DNA of 64,000 nucleotides, taken from Squalus acanthias (lineage: Eukaryota). The position numbers and the translations under genes were made by a program. The stretch is from contig CM059431.1 of NCBI GenBank assembly GCA_030390025.1, positions 114,516,001-114,580,000 on the forward strand, in the 5' to 3' direction. The notes beneath the pieces are model-generated. The model saw only the letters and a program-made list of their open reading frames with translations, had not been told where the DNA came from and made no database searches. Shown in pieces: positions 63,904 to 64,000 of this stretch (its first letter is position 1; every line of letters begins with the position of its first letter).

Positions 63904-64000
63904 GTGAGAAGTCGCACAACACCAGGTTATAGTCCAACAGCTTTATTTGAAATCACAAGCTTTCGGAGCGCTGCTCCTTCGTCAGGTGAAGTGAAGAGAT
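63904..64000 (-). mobile_element. Penelope-like pLTR end (runs off window) with hammerhead motif at 63953-63989
   Basis: Minus strand UCAC-CUGACGA-A-GGAGC(AGC)GCUCC-GAAA-GC-UU-GUGA, then AATAAAGCTGTTGGACTATAACCTGG. Confidence 0.9.

Overview
Vertebrate nuclear DNA, almost certainly a cartilaginous fish (shark), judged from HE1-like V-SINE, SacSINE1-like DeuSINEs and shark-type CR1 3' tails. No host protein-coding gene, rRNA, tRNA or CRISPR array could be supported; the window looks intergenic or deep-intronic. It is a layered transposon landscape: about 15 CR1 fragments, L2, RTE and L1 relics, several SINE families, PIF/Harbinger elements and MITEs, a degenerate LTR/retrovirus-like gag-RT relic, and young Penelope-like (GIY-YIG) insertions. 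Highlights: (1) a three-exon Harbinger Myb/SANT-like reading frame, open up to the left window edge; (2) minimal hammerhead-ribozyme motifs in the Penelope ends, with stem I/II covariation between subfamilies, including a 541-bp TSD-flanked insertion with 157-bp inverted arms; (3) an RT relic whose motifs look closer to retroviruses than to typical Gypsy; (4) unexplained foldback/palindromic elements, a 26-bp minisatellite and a diverged 260-bp direct duplication; (5) repeat-free blocks resembling conserved developmental enhancers. Family names come from motif recognition, not database searches, and repeat boundaries are approximate unless a TSD or TIR is quoted.
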